Part shown: positions 58,889 through 64,000 of the stretch, in pieces
Layout of the letters: every line of letters begins with the position of its first letter
Numbering within the stretch: position 1 is the first letter of the stretch
DNA from: a virus
Length of the DNA stretch: 64,000 nucleotides
Virus record (IMG/VR): IMGVR_UViG_3300017782_000002
Coordinates: 1 to 64,000 of that record
Direction: 5' to 3' (one strand)
Notes under the pieces: model-generated
The model's database searches: none
The model's input: only the letters and a program-made list of their open reading frames with translations
Told to the model about the DNA's origin: nothing
Made by a program: the position numbers and the translations under genes

Positions 58889-60070
58889 ATGGATTCATTA
58901 TTTGACAAGATTAAGGCATCATTCAAATGGAAAAAAACATCAGACTATTGTGCAGAAAAATTAGATTTAACAATAGAAGACTATGACAAACTAAAAGACA
59001 TAGTAAAAGGACAAGATCTCCTAGAAAACTCATCAACATCATATGAGTATAATTTAGAAAAAGGTGAAGCAAAAATGGAAACAATAAGTGCTTCAGAACC
59101 TAAATCACCAGAAGAAATAATTGATATATTAAACATTGATACAACACAATGGAAACTATCTAGTTATTGGAATAAACAAATGGGAGATCATTGGAGAGTT
59201 TCTGCAATGGTTACAAGGCTAAAAGATAATGAGGTAGATAATGTAGCTGAGTTATTAAAAGGTTTTAAACCAAAAAAACATAATCTAGTTAAAAGAATAA
59301 AAACTCCAGGTAAAGTAAAGACAGCTGGAGTTTTGTCATTACAAGACATACACTTTGGTAAAGAAGGTAATGAAACTATAGACCAAGATTTTGAAGAAAC
59401 AATAATTGATTTAGCAAATAGAGCTACAAGAGCTCATCATCTTGAAAAGCTGTATTACGTCATAGGAGGAGATCTAATCAACATGGATACCTGGAATGGT
59501 AGTACCACTAGTGGAACACCTTTAGACAACTGCTCAACAGCTACAGAAGCTTATATGCAAGCTTTTGATGCTATACAATGGAGTATAAATTATTTAAAAC
59601 AATTCTGTGATGAATTACAAATTGTATATATACCAGGCAATCATGATAGGTTATCTTCTTTTCATTTAGCACATGCTTTATCTAAATGTTTTAAAGACAA
59701 AAAGATTATATGGGATGTAGTATATCTAGAAAGAAAAGTATATACCTATAAAGATAACTTTTTTGCATTTGAACATGGAGATGTAAATACTAAAAACTCA
59801 TTGTTATTATATTCTATGGAATACCCAAAACAATGGGGTAAGACTTTATATAGAACATTATATACAGGACATTACCATCACAAGAAAAAAATAGAATATA
59901 TTACTGAGCATGAGCGTACTGGCTTTATGCTAAAGATATTACCAAGTTTATCACGTACAGATTATTATCATTACCATAATAAATTTGTAGGATCAAGAAG
60001 ATCTGGTGTATTGTCTATACATGATCCAAACAAAGGTGAAATTTGTGAACTAACATATTCACCCAATTAA
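58889..60070 (+). CDS. Calcineurin-like metallophosphoesterase
   Basis: DIHFG, GGDLIN, PGNHD, FEHGD and TGHYHH motifs. Confidence 0.85.
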   Translation: MDSLFDKIKASFKWKKTSDYCAEKLDLTIEDYDKLKDIVKGQDLLENSSTSYEYNLEKGEAKMETISASEPKSPEEIIDILNIDTTQWKLSSYWNKQMGDHWRVSAMVTRLKDNEVDNVAELLKGFKPKKHNLVKRIKTPGKVKTAGVLSLQDIHFGKEGNETIDQDFEETIIDLANRATRAHHLEKLYYVIGGDLINMDTWNGSTTSGTPLDNCSTATEAYMQAFDAIQWSINYLKQFCDELQIVYIPGNHDRLSSFHLAHALSKCFKDKKIIWDVVYLERKVYTYKDNFFAFEHGDVNTKNSLLLYSMEYPKQWGKTLYRTLYTGHYHHKKKIEYITEHERTGFMLKILPSLSRTDYYHYHNKFVGSRRSGVLSIHDPNKGEICELTYSPN

Positions 60071-60114
60071 CTTGAATAACTCCTCTTTTTTTTGTAAATT
60101 ATAATGTATGTAAT

Positions 60115-60639
60115 ATGATAAGTAACTTTAAAGGACCAGATTTAAATAAACCTAGATATAAAGAAAAGGTTTTGAATCTATTAAACACAGATACATTAAC
60201 AAGATTTAAAGATAAAAACCCAATGTATTCAAGTGTAGATAATGTTAAACTAAAAAAAGTTATACAAAAGTTTAACTCTAAAATTTGGGAAACTGTTATA
60301 AACAACAGAAACGGAGTTGAATTACCTGAATCTTTAGGTTACTTATTTATAGGAAGTTGTCCTGCTGCAAAGAAAATAAATGTTGACTATGCCCTATCTA
60401 AACAATATGGAAAGTTAATACAAAACAAAAACTGGGATACAGATGGTAATGTAGGAAAAATATTCTACACAAATTATTCTCCCAAGTATAAGTTTAAGAC
60501 TAGAGAGTTATGGCAGTTTACAGCAGTAAGACAATTTAAAAGAGCAGTAGCAAAGTTTTATCCAAAAAATTGGAAAAAGTTTGTTACTATGAAAACAAAG
60601 ATCAGGGTTACTGATATGTATAAAAACAAAAAGAAGTAA
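60115..60639 (+). CDS. IHF/HU-like protein
   Basis: KVIQKFNSKIWETVINNRNGVELPESLGYLFI; position before tail genes as in crAss-like phages. Confidence 0.55.
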   Translation: MISNFKGPDLNKPRYKEKVLNLLNTDTLTRFKDKNPMYSSVDNVKLKKVIQKFNSKIWETVINNRNGVELPESLGYLFIGSCPAAKKINVDYALSKQYGKLIQNKNWDTDGNVGKIFYTNYSPKYKFKTRELWQFTAVRQFKRAVAKFYPKNWKKFVTMKTKIRVTDMYKNKKK

Positions 60640-60640
60640 T

Positions 60641-61315
60641 ATGACAACAATAGGTGAAGCAATATCAAGACTCAGAGGAGCTCTTAAAGCAACCTCACAA
60701 GATGCGTTTGTTACAGATAGATACCTTTATAGTCTTATATTGAAATACGCTCAGCTATTAATGAGAAGGCAAGATCACTCTAACAAACTTATGAAGTTTA
60801 GCGCAGTATGGCAAACTTTACCTCATGTAGAATTAGTAGAAGTAGATAAGTTAGAAGCAGGTTGTGTAGGTATTTCTTCAGGACAAACTATAAAAAAGAG
60901 CAAGCATAAGTTACCAACATTCATGCAAGGTTATTGGGGCCCTTTAGTTAGAACTGTATCATCATTAGATGGTTCTACTGAAATACAACCAACAACTCCT
61001 GGCTCATACGTTTCTATGTCTAAAACAACTACATTTAAATATAATAACACTAAGTACTATTGGTTTTTAGATGGTTATTTGTATTTTCCAAATATAGAGT
61101 GGGATGCTGTTAAATTAGAAGGTGTGTTTGAAGCAGACATATCTTCTTGGACATGTGATACAGAAGATGACTGTACTCCAAGGTATTTACAAAATATGTA
61201 TATACCAGAATTTTTATTTGCAGAAATAGAAAATCAAATTTTAAACATACAGTTTAATACATTAAAAGTTACACCAGAAGACTCTCATAATAAAATAAAT
61301 ATAAATAGACAATAA
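60641..61315 (+). CDS. Tail ring protein
   Basis: MTTIGEAISR...TDRYLYS...YYWFLDGYLYFPN pattern. Confidence 0.65.
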   Translation: MTTIGEAISRLRGALKATSQDAFVTDRYLYSLILKYAQLLMRRQDHSNKLMKFSAVWQTLPHVELVEVDKLEAGCVGISSGQTIKKSKHKLPTFMQGYWGPLVRTVSSLDGSTEIQPTTPGSYVSMSKTTTFKYNNTKYYWFLDGYLYFPNIEWDAVKLEGVFEADISSWTCDTEDDCTPRYLQNMYIPEFLFAEIENQILNIQFNTLKVTPEDSHNKININRQ

Positions 61316-62202
61316 TGGCAGTATCACACAAATATAGAACCTTTAATCAGTTGCTAGAAGATGTTACTGTTGATTTTAGAACTTACGCATTAGAAGGTAT
61401 GATAGAACCTCAACAGTTAATTAAAGTTGCTGTAAGGGTTAATTATGATTTAGGTCTTAGAATACAAAGAACAAAAAATGCAATAATTGATATAGAAAAC
61501 AGTAAAGGTAAATTACCTTCTGATTTTAATGTATTAAATTATGGATCACTTTGTGGTACATATCAAGTAAAGACAACACAACCTAGCGGTACAAACACTG
61601 AAGAAGTTATAAAAGGAACATACAAGCCAGAACCAGGATACAGTGGTCCATGTGATGATCCTGCTGCTAATTGTACTAACGTTTGTGTAGTTAAAAAGGA
61701 TTGCGATGACAATGAACTAATGTTAGTACAAAAGATTAGCCCAGATAGTTATAGAGAATATAGTTATATGATACCTATAAATATTGTGGATAATCAAGGA
61801 GATAGTTGTAATGAATGTCCTATATATAAAGGAGCAGATGATGTTGAAATTAGAGATGGTTTTTTTATAACTAATTTTAAATCTGGTAAAATATATATAA
61901 GTTATCAAGGGGCAATGGAAGATGACAATGGAGAACTTCTAGTTTTAGATCATCCTTATTGTAATGAGTATTATGAATATGCATTAAAAGAAAGGATATT
62001 AGAAAACATGATGTTTGCTGGAGAGAATGTAGTGAATCAATTATCATTTATGCAACAAAAACTTAGAGCTGCTAGAAACAATGCTTTGACGTTTGTAAAC
62101 ACTCCAGACTTTGCACAATTAAAGAAATTATGGGAAAAGAACAGAAAAGCTCAATACCATAATTACTATAACATGTTTAAGAGTGTAGCTACAAACGGAT
62201 AG
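61315..62202 (+). CDS. Tail ring protein
   Basis: LIKVAVRVNYDLG...NFKSGKIYISY...DHPYCNEYYEYALK. Confidence 0.65.
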   Translation: MAVSHKYRTFNQLLEDVTVDFRTYALEGMIEPQQLIKVAVRVNYDLGLRIQRTKNAIIDIENSKGKLPSDFNVLNYGSLCGTYQVKTTQPSGTNTEEVIKGTYKPEPGYSGPCDDPAANCTNVCVVKKDCDDNELMLVQKISPDSYREYSYMIPINIVDNQGDSCNECPIYKGADDVEIRDGFFITNFKSGKIYISYQGAMEDDNGELLVLDHPYCNEYYEYALKERILENMMFAGENVVNQLSFMQQKLRAARNNALTFVNTPDFAQLKKLWEKNRKAQYHNYYNMFKSVATNG

Positions 62203-62205
62203 AAA

Positions 62206-64000
62206 ATGGCAAAGAAGAAAAAACAACAGCAACAACCAAAACCTAAAAGTACTTCTAGTGTTTTTACAAATACTCCTATGAAGGGTATGATTAAAGACAC
62301 ACATGATGGCTACCTTAATAAAGATAATTGGTCACATGCTAGAAATGCTATAAATAATTCTGTTGATGGTGATACTGGAGTTATAGGTAATGAGCCTGCA
62401 AACATACTGTGTGCTAACATACCTTATACTGTTATAGGTGGAATACATCTTTATGGTGATAAATGGATAATTTACTCAACAGATAATGAAGGTACATTAA
62501 ATGATAAGTCTTCTGAGATAGGAGAGTTTGATGACAGCACATGTACATATAATACATTAATAAATGATTCTTGTTTAAACTTTCACAAAGACCATTTAGT
62601 TATAGGTGTTGCAAAAGAAAATTTTGATTGTTCATGGCAAGTATATTGGGATGATGGTAACAATCCTTCAAGAACTATTAATTTAAGTGATATACCTTTT
62701 AAGAAAGAAATAGCACCATCAAGTACACCTGCATGTACTATATATCAAAATATTACACCATTACAACTTGACTGTGAAAAAATTAGATTAGCTCCATTAT
62801 TAGATACACCAAATTTAGAACTAACAAAAGCTAGTGAGGGAGGACAACTACCTAACGGTATGTATCAAGTTTTTATTGCATACTCAATCAATGATCAAAT
62901 AATAGGTGATTACTTGGGTGCATCTAACATGCAATCATTATGGTCTCATGAAAATAATCAGGGTTCTTTAAATCTAAAAATATCTGGAGTAGATAAAGAG
63001 TTTGAATGGATGCAAGTTGTAGTTAGAACAAGAGTACACAACGGTTTTACATCATATGTTTTAGGTTATTATAGTACTGAAACTACAAATCTTAACATTG
63101 ATTATTTAGATCCTGATCTTACAAAAGTCAAATCATCAAGATTACTTTTAAGAAATCCTGCATATGAAAAATCATCAGGAATGTTTGAAGTAAATGATTA
63201 TTTAATTAGAGCACAACCTACAGAACAATTTGATTTTAATTATCAACCTCTTGCAAATAATATAAAAACAGAATGGGTTTCTGCTACTTACCCAGCAGAA
63301 TACTATAGAGAAGGAGGAAACAAGCCTACATTTCTAAGAGATGAAGTATACACATTCTTTATAAGATTTATATACAACACAGGAGAAAAATCAAAATCAT
63401 ACCATATACCAGGAAGATCTGCAACAGGAAATGAAGTTTCTTTAGATTTAACAGCTAACTCATGGGATGGTGTAGCTCTTCAATACAAAACACAAAACAC
63501 TGCAACATTTACAGCAACTACAAATGTAGTTTTACCTGACGGAGGAATTATACAATCCTACGGTGATATGGCATATTGGGAATCTGGTGAAAAATATCCA
63601 GCTACTGATCCTATAAGGTACAATAATGGAAGTATGGATTTATGTGGTATGCCTATTAGACATCACAAGATGCCTGATGAAAATACACACGTTACAACTA
63701 GACTGTCAACAAATGGTGCAGGAGGTACAGGTTCTACACATATACAAATAATAGGTGCTCAATTTTCTAATATTGCTGCACCGTTAGATAATAGTGGAAA
63801 TGTAATACCTAATATTGTAGGATATGAAGTATTAGTTGGTAATAGAGACGGTAACAAATCTATTATTGCAAAAGGTATTATAAGGAATATGATGTCATAC
63901 GAAAGGTATGAACATAAAAGAAGTTTACAAGCAGGGGCAGGTACAAACTATTACAGTCCTCTTGGTGATATACAAAATAGCCCAACATCATTTAATGGTG
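62206..64000 (+). CDS. Tail muzzle/stabilisation protein (P22 gp10-like), 3'-truncated by window edge
   Basis: KGMIKD..WSHARNA..GNEPAN, YWDDGNNPSRTINL and RDEVYTFFIRFIYNTGEKSKSYHIPGR; not in ORF track because no stop falls in the window. Confidence 0.75.
   Translation, partial: MAKKKKQQQQPKPKSTSSVFTNTPMKGMIKDTHDGYLNKDNWSHARNAINNSVDGDTGVIGNEPANILCANIPYTVIGGIHLYGDKWIIYSTDNEGTLNDKSSEIGEFDDSTCTYNTLINDSCLNFHKDHLVIGVAKENFDCSWQVYWDDGNNPSRTINLSDIPFKKEIAPSSTPACTIYQNITPLQLDCEKIRLAPLLDTPNLELTKASEGGQLPNGMYQVFIAYSINDQIIGDYLGASNMQSLWSHENNQGSLNLKISGVDKEFEWMQVVVRTRVHNGFTSYVLGYYSTETTNLNIDYLDPDLTKVKSSRLLLRNPAYEKSSGMFEVNDYLIRAQPTEQFDFNYQPLANNIKTEWVSATYPAEYYREGGNKPTFLRDEVYTFFIRFIYNTGEKSKSYHIPGRSATGNEVSLDLTANSWDGVALQYKTQNTATFTATTNVVLPDGGIIQSYGDMAYWESGEKYPATDPIRYNNGSMDLCGMPIRHHKMPDENTHVTTRLSTNGAGGTGSTHIQIIGAQFSNIAAPLDNSGNVIPNIVGYEVLVGNRDGNKSIIAKGIIRNMMSYERYEHKRSLQAGAGTNYYSPLGDIQNSPTSFNG

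Overview
AT-rich bacteriophage DNA with a crAss-like (Crassvirales-type) gene set, most likely infecting a Bacteroidota/Flavobacteriia host. The host call rests on repeated TAnnTTTG -7 promoter motifs. Layout: (1) 1-4.7 kb, + strand: end of a tail-fibre/LamG/holin block. (2) 4.8-33.4 kb, - strand: early and replication block with GroEL, DUF3310, DUF932, family B DNA polymerase, a spore-photoproduct-lyase-like radical SAM protein, PD-(D/E)XK nuclease, GroES, MoxR AAA+ and HExxH-vWA pair, resolvase, primase, SSB-like proteins, AAA_24, DnaB, a DnaA-domain-IV-like protein, SF2 helicase and HNH. (3) A GC-rich divergent junction at about 33.4-33.55 kb. (4) 33.6-64 kb, + strand: PhoH, HU/IHF-like proteins, terminase, portal, scaffold, major capsid, ring/auxiliary proteins, a Cys-rich adhesin module and a truncated tail muzzle gene. 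The standard genetic code fits, and I saw no tRNA, CRISPR array, RT or integrase. The most notable signal is a putative proteostasis or conflict module at 14.4-20.1 kb: three proteins sharing previously unlabelled motifs surround GroES, a MoxR ATPase and a metallopeptidase-vWA protein, and a full GroEL lies 10 kb away. Also notable are a cluster of long structured RNA hairpins in the early region, a phage SplB-like enzyme, and several translationally coupled micro-ORFs absent from the ORF track. All family assignments come from motifs recognised by eye; no database searches were run.
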